A DNA stretch of 64,000 nucleotides from Eledone cirrhosa (GCA_964016885.1 OZ024742.1:246822001-246886000); one strand, 5' to 3'. Shown: positions 1 to 14,700, counted from the stretch's first letter. Program-made: numbers and translations. The notes: generated by a model from the letters alone, not told the origin.

Positions 1-567
1 TCGATTAGTAAAGTCTAATGTATGGTCTTTAAGGGTAATATATGCTTTACGTTTAGCTAGGCTTTCAATCCGGTTGTCTATTTTAAAAGAACTAGCTAGT
101 TCTTTAGCTTCTTTATTAATAGTATTGTAGGTGTTATTGTTAGCTAATTGATAGTTGTTGGTGATACTATTAGTTAAAAGTTGGTTTTATAAAATACTAT
201 TAACTTCAAATAGATTTTTAGTTTTATCGGAAAGAACAAATGTGTTGTAGAATTTTAAAAATTAGAAATATCGTTAGAAAGTTTAGTTTGAAAATTATTA
301 TTGTACGTACGAAATTTGATATCACTAATTAAATTAACAAGGTCGAATTCGAAGTTGGGCATGTCTTTAATTCTAGGTGTGTATTTACGGGATTTTATGT
401 CAAAACAATCATTTGTATCAGCACTGAATAGTCCATCGTAAATCATTGCCTACCATCTCATTCTTTTAACGACTTGTTCGATTTTATCTATAAGCAGTTT
501 GGTATAAGTTGTGTTGGAAGGAGTGGGTATATTTTTGATTGAATAATCCAATTCATAAAGGTCCATG
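1..567 (-). mobile_element. Penelope-like element (probably Naiad-type), 5' part of ORF, decayed; runs off the window start
   Basis: Minus strand from the ATG at 567 reads MDLYELDYSIKNIPTPSNTTYTKLLIDKIEQVVKRMRW*AMIYDG..., then FVLSDKTKN and ...LAKRKAYITLKDH. The YSxKNIP and KRMRW motifs are typical of the PLE N-terminus, and the region is homologous to 42915-43315. Confidence 0.8.
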
Positions 568-679
568 GTGTATGTTGGTTAAATTCCTGAAAACTGTAGA
601 GTGCTCAACTAATCGGGCTGGAAAGTGCCAATCATATATGTAATATAGAATATGCTTCAATCAATCCCGGTTGGAGCTG

Positions 680-792
680 TATAAATGAAGTAATTCCGTC
701 GGAAAGATCCAGGAAAAAAGAGTAATAAGCTCTGTAACCTACATAGAGCACTCTTTTTTCCTGGACCTTTCCGACGGAATTACTTCATTTAT
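680..792. repeat. Fold-back inverted repeat (~43-bp arms) upstream of the PLE ORF, abutting (TA)n
   Basis: ATAAATGAAGTAATTCCGTCGGAAAGATCCAGGAAAAAAGAGT ... ACTCTTTTTTCCTGGACCTTTCCGACGGAATTACTTCATTTAT. Confidence 0.85.
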
Positions 793-945
793 ATATATAT
801 ATATATATATATTCAATATGAGAAAGTTTGTTGATTGAAAATCAGCCGACTTTTACATAACAAATGTCAAGCCCTCAACGGTTTATGTTCATCCAGAGTT
901 TTATTATAAACAAGTAAGTCCGTTTGGTTAGGCCAACCCTATTTA

Positions 946-1016
946 TTTTATTAAACGTATTTCGAAAATGTATGGCTTTTGTATAACATCAGTCAACATG
1001 TTCTCTTCAGATAAAA
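946..1016 (-). ncRNA. Type-I hammerhead ribozyme motif with extended stem II
   Basis: Reverse complement: ttttat-CTGAAGA-gaacatgt...acattttc-GAAA-tacgtt-TA-ataaaa. Stem I is 6 bp and the core boxes are intact. Confidence 0.65.
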
Positions 1017-1118
1017 TCCACAGGATATGTAAATATCAATTGATATGCGAGCGGTCACTCGAGTTATTTACATCGGCGACTGGCCAGCATATATATATAT
1101 ATATATATATGCTGGTCA

Positions 1119-1203
<85 letters not shown>

Positions 1204-1299
1204 ATATAATATAATATAATATAATATAATATAATATAATATAATATAATATAATATAATATAATATAATATAATATAATATAATATAATATAATATTA

Positions 1300-1527
1300 T
1301 ATTATATTATTTATTTATGTTCATACACGTAACAGAGACGCTGCCCAAGGTTTCAAGACCCCAAATTGACGACAACCCCAGAAAACAAGAGGCACCAAAA
1401 TAGTGACCTTTCAAAATAGTGACGAGTTTATAAGATACTGTTAAAAGTAAGTTTTCTCCAATTTGGAGCTTGGAATCTTGAGTAGCGTCTTTGTTCCCTC
1501 TACGAACATAAATAAATAATATAATAT
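1300..1527. repeat. Imperfect fold-back inverted repeat following (TA)n/(ATAAT)n
   Basis: tatttatttatgttc..aacagagacgctgcccaaggtttcaagaccccaaattg pairs imperfectly with caatttggagcttggaatcttgagtagcgtctttgtt..gaacataaataaata. Confidence 0.6.
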
Positions 1528-3700
1528 TTCTCCTCTCTTCCGATTCAACACTGTTTTTTTTTTCTTTTTCATATCTACGGATATAGCTACATTCACATAT
1601 ACATATACATTAACATTCACATATACATATACATATGGTGATTGCTTCATCTTTGCAGATGATTTCCGACTCCCTATGCATCCCCATCAACCATCACCAA
1701 CTCCTAACGTCCATCCATCGCCCCTTAGGTGGTTTTTAAGTCCAGCATTAGATTTGCACAGACTGCAGCAAATATGACAGAAAAAAGATGTGCCGTCTAT
1801 TGGATTGCTTGGGTCAGTTTGTGGGATGTCATCCTTATGTACCCTCATATGCCTTTTAAGACCAGAGATTGATTTGCAGATCTTTTTGCACAGCACACAT
1901 ATTGTCTCACCTAGCATTGGGGGGATAGAGCTGTATACAGTTGGCTTTTTATATGATTTTAAACGGGTGACGTGCCCAGATTTAGAGAGCAGTAAACGAC
2001 TACGCACCTCACAAATCCAGCTCCATGTTTTTATTGAGGTTCATACTGTGGCCTTTTCAAAGCTAATGTCTAAGGTTTTCATGATCAAGACGTCTCTCTT
2101 CAAACATTCTGCAGCCTTCCTTCATATTTACCCCTCTTTAAAGCAAGTTCTTCCCAGTTCTGAACTTGAAACTGTAGATCTTTAAGGTTGTTTTTTATGC
2201 AATCCTTATATCTTTTTCTAGGTTTGGGCAAAGGGCGTTTCCCAGTGTGCAATTGACTGTTAAATAGTTGTTTTGGGAGTCTTTCCTCATTCATGCACAC
2301 AACATGGCCTATCCAACGCATTTGAGAAGATATGATGGTATATTCAATACTCGTGCAACCATCATCTATAAGAATTTGTGTGTCAGGTATTTTTGTTGCC
2401 ATTTGATGTTTAGGATTCGTCTTAAACAATTTTGATTAAAGTGTTCAAGCAAATTAAGGTGTATACGATGTACTGTCCACATTTCCGAAGAGTACAGCAG
2501 AGAATTCAGAATGCAGGCCTTGTACACACTATTCTTGGTCTTGATATTGATGCTATGATCCGTCCATACTCTCCTTTCAAGTTTCCGAAGGCTACAGAGG
2601 CCTTCTGAATGTGCAGGTGTATTTCTGCATCCAGTGAACCATTCCTTGATAATGCACTACCCGGTAAACAAAAGTGTCAACTGCACCCAACCTAGTTCCA
2701 TGCACTATTATATTTGGTTCAATATATGCTTCCCCTGGTGATGATGGGGGAACATTAGATTGGTCTATTTTAGATTAATTTTCGTGCTAAAGGCATTACA
2801 TGAAGCTGCAAAACAATCCATGAAAGTTAACATCATCTGCATACAGGAATTCGCTAATAAATATTTCGAACACCTTGGATTTGAAATTGAACCTTATTAG
2901 GTGAAAGATTCTTCCTGTAATTCTAACTTGCAATAGAACACCCTTTGCACAGTCCTGGAATACATGAGTCAGCATCACAGCAAAAAATATTGAAAACAGT
3001 GTGAGAGCCGGGATATCTCCTTGCTTTACGCCATTATCAACTGGGATTTCATTGGACAACCCGAGCCTTCATATTTCTGTGCAGTCGGACGAACATATCA
3101 ATATATTTTGGTGGGCACCCTATTTTCCACAGTGCATCTCTGTTCACCGTATCAAAAACCTGATACAGAGGAACCCGCAGCTCAATACTTTTTTCCTGAA
3201 TCTACCTTGCAGAGAAGATCATATTAATCGTCCCTCTGCCAGATCTAAAGCCACTTTGTGATTCAGTGATTACTGTAGGACAGATGTCCTCCATCAACCT
3301 GTTCAACAATAAACTAGCAATTTATTCAACCTGTTCAACCTGTTCAACAATAAACTCTGCCCACAAACTCCAACAGAGTGATGCCACGGTAGTGATCGTA
3401 GATTCCTTTATCCCCCTTTACCTTTAAACAAGGTCAGCAAGATACCATCTATCCCATCTTGTGGTATACGAGCTCCAGCGCAGCACTCTGTGAGGAGATG
3501 GAGTATTGTTTGTGTTATGTTCTTATTACCAACCTTTAACAATTCCACAGTGATTCCATCTGATCCAGGTGCCTTACCCGTGTTTAACTGGTTGATGGCC
3601 ATTTTAACCTCATTATAATCTGGTAATCGATCTATTTTAAAATTTACAACACATTGGGGGGAAGCCAACTAGCACATCATCATCAACTGATGATAGATTA

Positions 3701-5900
3701 CACTGGTCAACAAAAAGAATATTCATTTCATGGTTCTGGTATAATTTAGTATGATTCTAGGGTAATCAAGTGTGCAGAATCTGAATATGACAACGGTTAA
3801 GCTGTATCAGGTCTAGTTTTCGAGAACCAGCATATCCATGTTTATGACCCATAGCTATGTGGCTCATATTACTTCATCCAATTGTATCCACTATATTTAG
3901 TTGTTAACTAATTTATACTTACTGCTTTTGTTTCAGATCACAGAATTGTAACTATTCTCAGCTATTCTTGGATAATTCACAACAACTTTTACTAGTGGGA
4001 GAGATGGAACGCCGGAAATGTGTAAATGACCCAGACCGATTTTGCTATGTTTGTGGACTCTTTACCCCAGAAAGCATAAAGAAACCAATCACAAAAGCAG
4101 TTCGAGTAAACTACAAATGCTACTTCAAATGTCCATTAGGAGACCAGGACAAGAAATGGGCGCCTCATATAGCGTGTAGGTCATGTGTTAATCACCTAAG
4201 TGAATGGAAGAATGGGAAACGAAGCTCTGGTTTGCCATTTGCCGTACCAATGGAGTGGCGAGAACCAAAAGACCACAATAACGATTGCTACTCCTGCCAT
4301 ATAAACATCCAAGGAATAACTGTCAAGACACGAACTACACTTCAATACGCCGATATCTCGTCAGTAATCCGACCAGTACCTCACAGTGACGAATTACCTG
4401 TTCCAGTTCCACCTGCTGAACACGTGCTACTATCTGGTTCTGATTCCAGTAGCGCCCCTATTGATGATGACTATCAAGACGAACATCAAACAAGTGAACC
4501 CATACCATTTAACCAGGAAGCTCTTCACGATCTCATTAGAGACCTACATTTGTCTAAAGAAAAGGCAGAACTCCTGGGATCAAGACTGAAGCAACGAAAC
4601 CTGCTGGTACCTGGCGTCCGTATTACAACCGCTCGTCATCGTCATAAACAACTTCCAGCATTTTTCAAAATGGAAAATAACCTTTGCTATTGTCATGATG
4701 CAGATTCTCTCATGCGACAACTCTGTAAATATGATTCATACAAACAAGATGATTAGAGGTTGTTAATTGATTCATGAAAAAATACTCTAAAAGCAGACCT
4801 TCACAATGGAAATCGGCTTCCCTCCGTACCAATTGCACACGCAACAAATATGACTGAGAATTATGAAACTATGAAGATTTTGCTTTCCTCAGTTCAGTAC
4901 CAGAAGCACCAGTGGAAAATTTGTGGAGATCTCAAAGTAATTAGTCTACTTCTAGGTCTTCAGACTGGTTACACAAAGCATATGTGTTTTCTATGTTCGT
5001 GGAATAGTAGAGCAGATGCAGAGCACTACATGAAGAAGGATTGTCCAACAAGACCAAAGGATGCACCCGGTAGATTCAACTGTCTGTACAAACCTCTCGT
5101 GGATCCAGAAAAAGTATTCCTCCCTCCATTACATCTCAAATTAGGCTTGGCCAAAAACTTTATTAAAAGCATGTATCATACAGGTAATGGGTTTCAGTAC
5201 TTGTGTAAGAAATTGGGTAGAGTGGTATCTGAAGCAAAGTTAAAAGCAGGGATTTTGAATGGTCCTCAGATTCGATAGTGAGTTTAAGAAAACACTAAAC
5301 CCTTTGGAGACTAATGCATGGAAATCATTTGTAGATGTGACACAGAACTTTCTTGGGTTCACGAATGTCGTTGAAGCTTCATTTCTTCCATTCTCATCTG
5401 GATTTCTTCCCAAGTAATCTAGGAGACATCAGTGATGAACATGGAGAGAGGTTTCACCAGGACATTGCCATAATGGAGAGTAGGTATCAGGGTCGGTTCA
5501 ATCCCAACATGATGGGCGACTACTGCTGGACACTGCAACGTGAGGAGAGCCAGTAAAAGAAGCGTAAAAACAAAATCCAGAAATTTTTTTAGAAATGTTT
5601 TGAAATATTTTGTTATGTTCAGAATGTTGTTCAGAAATGTTTTGTTAATATGCTAAGTGTTAAAAAAATAAATAAAAATATGTTTATATATTTTTTATTA
5701 ATAAGTTAATATGTTTATATCTAAGTCATCATATGTTACACAATGGATAAATAATGCAATACGAGGAACATATTTTCGATCTCATATGGTTGCATTCTGG
5801 TCCAATAGCAAAGAATGAATATCAAAACTGAATTTAGTGCTATGAAATTAGTAAGAGGCACATATTCACATGTAAGAACCATTTTGGCTGTTGACCAGTG
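3701..5900 (+). mobile_element. Chapaev3 (CMC superfamily) DNA transposon, both ends intact, decayed transposase
   Basis: TIRs CACTGGTCAACA / TGTTGACCAGTG with a 3-bp TTA TSD (3698-3700, 5901-5903). Removing the element restores the RTE frame (EHFTDLFNNLSSVDDD). Confidence 0.88.
4004..5556 (+). pseudogene. Chapaev3 transposase pseudogene
   Basis: N-terminal Cys-rich region (FCYVCG..DQDKKWAPHIAC..WREPKDHNNDCYSC), then ICGDLKV, FLPPLHLKLGL, HSHLDFFP..DEHGERFHQDI. In-frame stops at 4754 and 5276, plus an internal deletion. Confidence 0.85.
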
Positions 5901-8275
5901 TTATTAAATAAATCAGTGAAATGTTCTCTCCTTCCAGCGCTTAAGGATTTTCTCTGATTCCTTGATGATGGCAGTGTCGTCTTTAAACCTTATGAGAATA
6001 ATAGACGAAGTTGTTGGACCGTATTCTGCACGCAAAAGACTATAAAACAGTTTTGAATCTTCGCGCTATAAGCATTTTGAATATCTTCAGAGATCTTCAG
6101 CCACCATTTATTTTTAAGCCTTCTCAGCTCGCGTTGTAAGGTGGCTTTATATTCTTTATATGTCTTTTTAATAGCCGTTAAATTCGTAGGGCACTCTCCC
6201 AGAAGTTTCTCACGAAGAGCATGTTTTTCGTTAATAGTTGTTTGATAACCAGATTATTATCATCAAACCAGTCTTTATGTTGTTTTTTCGCCCTGAATCC
6301 AGGTTCTTCTGCTCCTACTATATACAATTGATCCCTGAAATTTATCCACATTCCATCGAAGTCAATATTATTCAAATGTTTATTCAAAGCCTCATGTACC
6401 TCTTGCTGTTTTAACTTTCCAACATCAATACGCTTCAGTGTTTTGATCCTACACATACGAGATTTTTTCCGAATACGTAACTTAAACTTCCCCCGAACCA
6501 TCTTATGGTCTGTGTTGCATTCTACATTCTATACTAGGCATGACGCACACATTACAGACATCATTCAGGTCGCATCTCCGGGTTACTATAAAATCTATCC
6601 TGTGGCCATTTTTTGACTTTGGGTGTATCCAATTAACATTATGCTTCTTCTTTTGGCGGAAGAATGTATTGCAAATTGCTAGGTTGTGTTCCGAACAGAG
6701 CTCTAGCAGCTTCAAACCATTGGCATTCATCTTACCGATGCTGTAATGGCCTAGTGCATCCTATGTCTCATGGTCTCTGCCAACTCGGGCATTGAAATCA
6801 CCAAGAATGATCACTTTTTCTACGACTGGAGTATATGCAATTGTAGCACGAAGGGATTCATAGAATGTCATAATACTTTCTTCACTGGCCTGGAGAGTTG
6901 GAGCATAAAATGGTAGAATTTTTGCACATCGCCCACATGCAAGTGGGATGTGCAACTTCATTATACGGTCACTGATTCTAGATGGACAGTCTAAATGTTG
7001 TGCTAGAGTTTCTCGCACTGCAAAACCTACACCACCATCTCGCAGTTATCCGTTTATTTCCCTGTCCAGAAAAGTGTGAAACATGATGATGCTTCAGTCA
7101 GCTGATCACACCGTAATAGACGTGTTTCTGACAAGGCTGCAATATCTATATTTAATCTTTGGAGTTCCTTTGATACCAGTGCGGTTCTTCTTTCTGGCCG
7201 GTTTGATATTCCAACAGCAAATATTTAGTTTCATTCGATTTTTCATGAATATTTTACTTTGTAATTCACTTTATCTTTTCCTGATTGAATGAACCGCCGA
7301 TAGGCACAGTAAACTACCCAACGTTGATGTGAGAGGCAATTTTCAATGCACCTTTTCTAGCACTTTTCTAAGAATTTGGGTGAGCACTGCTTACCCTGAT
7401 ACGGCTGCTCAGACACAGGCGTCTCCATCGGAGTTAGCCCTTGTCATAGGAAGACATAACAACGATGTTATGATAAGACCCTGCTGCCTATGTGTAGATT
7501 TGCAACTATATGTTTCCAAGTGGTCATGTCTGCACACGTCGCCACCCCTCCCTCGTCATAGGACTTTCAACTGTAAAAATGACAGATGAGAAGATCACAA
7601 AAGAGACATCTGTACATCATTGGATTATAGTGGCAATCGCTTGGACTACACGAGCACCACTCTCTAAGTTTCAGTGATTATTGTCTGGTGACAAGCCTAA
7701 GCCAGATGACCAGTAATCACATCAACCTCAGGTTTTATTTCAAAGTTTCCCTCTTTTAGAAAGATACTGTAACAACAGCTCGGGGTCCTTCGCCCCCAGT
7801 GGATTTTCTCTATACCTACCTGCAGGCCACCACACCAGCAAATGAGTTACAATGATTCGTTGACTCTTTCATAAACGTAGACCAGGAACTCCATCCAGTT
7901 TGAAAATAAAAACAACAAATAAAATAATACTGTTTCATACATACACATACACAAACGCACCCCCCATATACATATATATATATGTATAATATATATGTAT
8001 AATATATATATAAAGAATTACACCAGTCCAGCCTCGTGTTATTTTATAATAATTAACTCCGTACTCGCACCACCAACTACACAAACGAAGACGGGTGAGT
8101 TGCATTACGTCGAGTGCTCTCCATAATATTACATCGAGGTTGACCAAACGGAATGACCAGTTCTATCCAGTGGTGAACCAACAAACCTAAATAAATATGT
8201 ATAAGAAAATATGTATTAGAAAATGATGTTTTTTTTTAAATGAAAAATAACCGAGGTGTCCTACACGAGTGAAAG

Positions 8276-8579
8276 TATAAAGAAAAAGAGATGAAATCGA
8301 AAATGCAACTGACTGGAGTCTTATTTAAAATATATATATATATATTTATTTGGTTCTTTTACCAGTTTCGAAGTTCTTCTGCTTTTCAAAAGTAGAGATG
8401 AGATCAAGGGTCTGTGGTTTTTCTCACCAGATGTGAGAAAAATCACAGACCCTTCATCTCAACTCTACTTTTGAAGAGCAGAAGAACTGCGAAACCGGTA
8501 AAGGAACCAAATAAATATATATTTAAAAAAAAAATAAGACTCCAGTTGCATTTTCGATTTCATCTCTTTTTCTTTATAT
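8276..8579. repeat. Fold-back element (~150-bp imperfect arms) containing a hammerhead motif, ending in (TA)n
   Basis: tataaagaaaaagagatgaaatcgaaaatgcaact...ttttctcac | gtgagaaaa...agttgcattttcgatttcatctctttttctttata. Confidence 0.85.
8468..8503 (+). ncRNA. Minimal hammerhead motif (C3>U variant)
   Basis: ctt-TTGAAGA-gcag aagaa ctgc-GAAA-ccgg-TA-aag, with palindromic stem III CCGG. A second, degenerate copy lies at ~8664-8700. Confidence 0.55.
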
Positions 8580-9647
8580 ATATATATATGCGTATGTGTG
8601 TGTGTATATGTGTGTATTCCCGGTTCAATCGAGAGAAACCACAACCACTCCATCTCATTTCTACTTTTGAAAAGCATAAGAACTGTGAAAACCGGTAAAG
8701 ATAATAAATAAATATTCTTAAAACGACTCCAGTTAAATTTTTGACTTTTTGTATTTAACTAGCAAAATTTACAAGTAGTAGAATAGGATACTTTACAATT
8801 GTTTCAGTGCATATAAATCCTTCTGGAATCTTCCTATAGAGATTGTGTCTATGGGGATTTCCTTCAAAACATCGGACTTAATTAGCTTCTCCGTCTAAAT
8901 ATACGAATTAGTTATCGTATCCACTACTACGTATATATATATAAATATATATACATAATACGTATACGGAGGCAGGCCTTTGAAATAACAACATCAAAAT
9001 CGATAGAATACACATGCCGTCGGGTGCTTTTCGTTATTACACCATGATTTCGGAAACACTCTATAACATAAATACATATATACATGCATACATACATCCA
9101 TATATGCATCCATCTCTACATACATACATACATACATACATACACACATGCACATACACACATTATGTACATATACACATATATATATATAGTGTACGTG
9201 CGTGTGTATGTGTGTGTGTATGTGACTGATACTTAATGTACATGGAAAAGTGAATTATTCGGTTAAAATGACTCTAACATATACCAACACGATCAATGAT
9301 CGATGAATTATGTAATATAACATAATTTAACAAATTGTGACATCTAAGTGCATTGATAAATTATTTTCTGTCGTGTAATTAGCAAAGAAATATCTGCATC
9401 GTTTAGTGACGTTGATTAATAATTCAGCATTTCATAATTTGCAAAATGGTGACTAACGTGAAGTGACATTGATACAGCCTCATGTTGTTGCTTCATTAAG
9501 TGTTAGATAATTACATAAGTTGAGGGAGGGGTCTATTTCTGGGGTTATAAAATGGTATTTACCAAACCTTATTCATTTTTTTTTATATTCATAATTCTGG
9601 GGTGTATATATGGGTGTATAATCGCTCGAGTTTCTGTATAATATATA

Positions 9648-10987
9648 TGTGGTGGAATCTCGGTTATTGAGCACCTCCGTTATCGTACGATTCGGTTATC
9701 CTTCATTTTTATCGACAAAAATATGTCTCGGAAATCGTACATCTGCTCGGTTGTCGAGCAAGGAAATGTTTCCGTTACGAACCTGTATATACCTGTTCAC
9801 TTGCTGCAGCGTGACGTACCCAAGCAAAGCTTCCACACAAAGAATCACATGTGTGTGTGTGTGTGTGTGTGACTCGACTGTCTCTGTGTCTCGCTAAATG
9901 AGCATCTCCCCGAGCACTAGTCCGAAAAGCTCGTTTTAAATAGAGTTTTGTATTTTTTAAATTTAGTTTTACTGTTAAATAAGCCACCGTGGTTTCAAAG
10001 AAAGTTCCGAGTGCTAGCCCCAAGAAAAAGTAATAGAAAACTACGATAGAATTTAAAAAATAACTCTTAGCAAAATATAAAGGTGGTGTACACGTGGCTG
10101 ATCTTGCTAGTATGTATGTAAAGAAAGAAAGAAATTAAAGCAGCTGTAGTTGTAAAAGGAGTAAATGTCCTGTAGAAACAGAGATCACAAACAATGAAAG
10201 ATGATGCAAAGTTGTTGGTATGACTAAATGGAAAACAGTAAGCAGGAAACTGTTTCAGAGGCAATTATTTGCGAAAAAGCAAGGCAGTTGCATGCAGACC
10301 AGTTGAAAGAACTGCTTGAAACGTGTGCTAATACAGCTGGTGTTGAATTTAAGGGTAGTAGATGCTGGTTCGAAAAATTTAAAATGAGAATTGGCATACA
10401 AAGTGTAGTAATGCATAGGGAAGCTGCCAGATCAGATAAACTTGACATCAAAAAATTGGTGAGTGAATTCAAGGATTACATGGATGCTTAGGGATTCCTT
10501 TCTCTGCAAGTATTCCCCTATGACACAAACAAACCTCACTGGACAGGATTTTAGTGAGAGAGGAAGCCAGTCAGTCTCAAGTAGGTTTTAGTTGCACAAA
10601 GACAGAGAAGGGGAAGAATCACAGAAAAATACTTACCTGAAGTCTTTATGGAGGGAGATTCCCCTTCCAAACTACACTACTTCTCCTCCCAATACCTTCT
10701 CAACCTCTTACATACGTCAACAAGAGTTTTAAATAAAGGGAAAGGGAAGTTAAATGTTCATTTATTCTATTTGTTTCTCATTTATATTTATTTTCTCTTG
10801 TTTTCTGCATGTAAATTATAGTTAGTCTGTATAAAATATATTTTCTGTTAATATGTTTAGGAGTGTGGAACGGATTAATTGGATTTACATTATTTCTTAT
10901 AGGAAATATTACCTCGGTTTTCGTTCATTTCGGTTTTCGACCGACCTTCTGAAACCGATTATAGACGATAACCTGTGTTCCATTGTA
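9648..10987 (+). mobile_element. Tigger/pogo (Tc1-mariner) DNA transposon remnant, internally deleted
   Basis: 10228-10491 encodes a CENP-B-type HTH (VSEAIICEKARQL..EFKGSRCWFEKFKMRIGI..HREAARSD). Degenerate TIRs: tggaatctcggttat ... ataacctgtgttcca-ttg, followed by TA. Confidence 0.75.
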
Positions 10988-10994
10988 CGTGTCC

Positions 10995-11064
<70 letters not shown>

Positions 11065-11065
<1 letters not shown>

Positions 11066-11320
11066 ACACAAAACACCAGCATCAACAGTTTTCCAAGAGA
11101 AGCCAAGATGAATGGATCTGTTATTTTTATCTAAAGACGTTTTTTCCATTCCAATTCCACTCCGCCCGTTCCTTCAATCTATCTTATTTCTCATTCTTTC
11201 TTCTGATGAAGGACTAGCGTCCGAAACGTTTACAGCCTTTTCCTGCTATTTCAAGCGTTAACCTAGTATATTCCTTCCATATACTGTACCGATTGTGTTG
11301 TTATTTCTGTTTACATTTTA
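11065..11320 (+). mobile_element. Short PLE pLTR-like repeat with minimal hammerhead (11199-11232), next to (TA)n
   Basis: tctt-CTGATGA-aggac tagc gtcc-GAAA-cg-TT. A homologous copy lies on the minus strand at ~58960-59215. Confidence 0.7.
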
Positions 11321-11346
11321 CACACACACACACATATATATATATA

Positions 11347-11449
11347 CCGTATTCCAGGCGCCGAAGACGCTTCGGCCTCCAGGGCGCATGGTAGATTTTT
11401 GAGACTTATTTTAGGAAAAAAGTAGCGTCTACGAGGCCGGAAAATTCGG
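11347..11449. mobile_element. Tc1/pogo-type MITE (~103 bp)
   Basis: TA|CCGTATTCCAGGCGCCGAAGACGC ... GCGTCTACGAGGCCGGAAAATTCGG|TA: imperfect TIRs with a TA TSD. Confidence 0.6.
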
Positions 11450-11472
11450 TATATATATATAAATATATATGC

Positions 11473-11569
<97 letters not shown>

Positions 11570-11764
11570 AGTGAGCGAGCCTCAATGTTGTCCGGTGATC
11601 TGCTAGAAACAACAGAAAAATCTGCCTTCTGTATAAGGAAAAAAAGGGTGCTACATAATATGGTATTGGGTTCCTCGTATATAGGAAAATAATGGGATGG
11701 TCATGGTTGGAATTCCTGTGAGTATAGCTCTGTTCGATCCAGACTTAACGACAGGCTACACTAC

Positions 11765-14700
11765 AGCACGACAACAACAACAACAGTAACAACAAGAGCA
11801 ACAACAATAGGGGGCAGCAACAGCAACAAGCGTAACAACAGCAACAGCAACAACAACAACATCACCAGCAACAACGCCATCAACAATAACGTCAGCAACA
11901 ACATCAGCAACAGCAGCAATAACAACAGCAACAGCAACACTAACAACAACGTCAACAATAACAGCTTTGAGAGTACAGCAGCAGCAGCAGCAGCAGCAAT
12001 AGCAGCAACAAAAACAACAAAAGCAAAATAGATGCAAAGAGAACAACAACAGCAACAATAACAGCAACAGCACCAACAACAACATCAACAACAACAGCAT
12101 CAACAGCACAGCAGCAGCAGCAATAACATCAGCAGCAGCTTCAACAGCACAGAAGAAACAATAACAACAACAACAACATCATTAACAGCAAAAACAGACG
12201 CAATGAGAACAAGAACAGCAACAACAGCAGTAGCAACAGCAACACTAACAACAACGTCAACAACAATCACAGCATCAACAGGAACAAAAGCAACAACAAC
12301 ATCAACAACAGCAAAAGCAGGTACAACGAGAACAACAATACTAGCATGAGCAACATCAACTGCAGCAATAATAACAACAATAACAACAGATGCAACATCA
12401 ACTGCTGCAATAATAACAACAATAACAACAGATGCAACATCAACTGCTGCAATAATAACAACAATAACAACAGATGCAACATCAACAACATCAACTGCAG
12501 CAATAACAACGATAACAACAGATGCAACATCAACAACATCAGCTAAGCAATAATAACAACAATGACAACAGCAGTAACAACAGATGCAACGAAAAGAGTA
12601 TCAACTGCAGCAATAAGAACAACAATAACAACAGATGCGACATCAACAAAATCAACTGCAGCAATAATAACAATAACAACATATGCAACATCAACAAGAT
12701 CAACTGCAGCAATAACAACAATAACAACATATGCAACATCAACAACATCAACTGCAGCTATAATAACAACAGTAACACCAGATGCAACATCAACAACATC
12801 AACTGCAACAATAACAACAAGAGTAACAACAGATACAACATCAACATCATCAACTGCAGCTATAATAACAACAGTAACAACAGATGCAACATCAACAACA
12901 TCAACTGCAGCAATAATAACAACAATAACAACAACAGTAACAACAGATGCAACATCAACAACATCAACTGCAACAATAACAACAACAGTAACAACAGATG
13001 CAACATCAACAACACCAACTGCAGCTATAATAACAACAATAACAACAACAATAACAACAACAATAACAACAGATGCAACATCAACAACATCAACTGCAGC
13101 AACAATAACAACAGTAACAACAGATGCAACATCAACAACATCAACTGCAGCTATAATAACAACAGTAACAACAGATGCAACATCAACAACATCAACTGCA
13201 GCAATAAAAACAACAGTAACAACAGATGCAACATCAACAACACCAACTGCAGCTATAATAACAACAATAACAACAACAGTAACAACAGATGCAACATCAA
13301 CAACACCAACTGCAGCTATAATAAGAACAATAACTAAAGCTGCAACATCAACAACATCAACAGCAGCAATAACAACAATAGTAACAACAGATGCAACATC
13401 TACAACACCAACTGCAGCTATAATAACAACAATAACAAAAGATGCAACATCAAAAACATCAACTGCAGCAATAACAACAACAGTAACAACAGATGCAACA
13501 TCAACAACATCAACTGCAGCAATAATAACAACAATAACAACAGATGCAACATCAACAACATCAACTGCAGCAATAATAACAACAGTAACAACAGATGCAA
13601 CATAAACAACACCAACTGCAACAATAACAACAACAGTAACAACAGATGCAACATAAGAACATCATCTGCAGCTATAATAACAACAGTAACAACAGATGCA
13701 ACATCAACAACATCAACTGCAGCTATAATAACAACAGTAACAACATATGCAACATCAACAACATCAACTGCAACAATAATAACAACAATAACAACAGATG
13801 CAACATCAACAACATCAACTTCAGCTATAATAACAACAATAACAACAGATGCAACATCAACAACATCAACTGCAGCTATTATAACAACAGTAACAACAGA
13901 TGAAACATCAACAACATAACTGCAGCAATAATAACAACAATAACAACAGATGCAACATCAACAACATCAACTGCAGCAATAACAACAGTAACAACAGATG
14001 CAACATCAACAACATCAACTGCAGCTATAATAACAGTAACAACAGATGCAACATCAACAACATCAACTGCAGCAATAATAACAACAATAACAACAGATGC
14101 AACATCAACAACATCAACTGCAGCAATAACAACAGTAACAACAGATGCAACATCAACAACATCAACTGCAGCAATAATAACAACAATAACAACAGATGCA
14201 ACATCAATAACATCAATTGCAGCAATAACAACAGTAACAACAGATGCAACATCAACAACATCAACTGCAACAATAACAACAGTAACAACAGATGCAACAT
14301 TAACAACATCAATTGCAGCTATAATATCAACAATAACAACAGATGCAACATCAACAACATCAACTGCAACCATAATAACAGCAGTAACAACAGATGCAAC
14401 ATCAACGTCATCAACTGCAGCAATAATAACAACAGTAACAACAGATGCAACATCAACAACACCAAATGCAGCAATAATAACAACAATAACAACAGATGCA
14501 ACATCAACAACATCAACTGCAACAATAACAACAACAGTAACAACAGATGCAACAAAAACAACACCAACTGCAACAATAACAACAACAGTAACAACAGATG
14601 CAACATAACAACATCATCTGCAGCTATAATAACAACAGTAACAACAGATGCAACATCACAACATCAACTGCAGCTATAATAACAACAGTAACAACATATG

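Larger units (their letters stand above)
1634..7900 (-). mobile_element. RTE-clade LINE, near full-length, pseudogenised (APE endonuclease + RT + two C-terminal C2H2 fingers); interrupted by Chapaev3
   Basis: APE fragments: RPERRTALVSKEL, YAPT, ILGDFNARVG, NANGLKLLELCSEHNLAICNTFF, HRIDFIV. RT fragments: GKAPGSDGI, GVKQGD, YADD, QMRWIGHV...RLPKQL. Fingers: CVLC..HMRVH and CHIC..HLRG. Many stops and frameshifts; 3' end runs into a TATG/TATATG microsatellite. Confidence 0.9.

Noticed and set aside
1687-2007. Host C2H2 zinc-finger gene
   Set aside because: It is collinear with, and terminal to, the RTE RT on the same strand.
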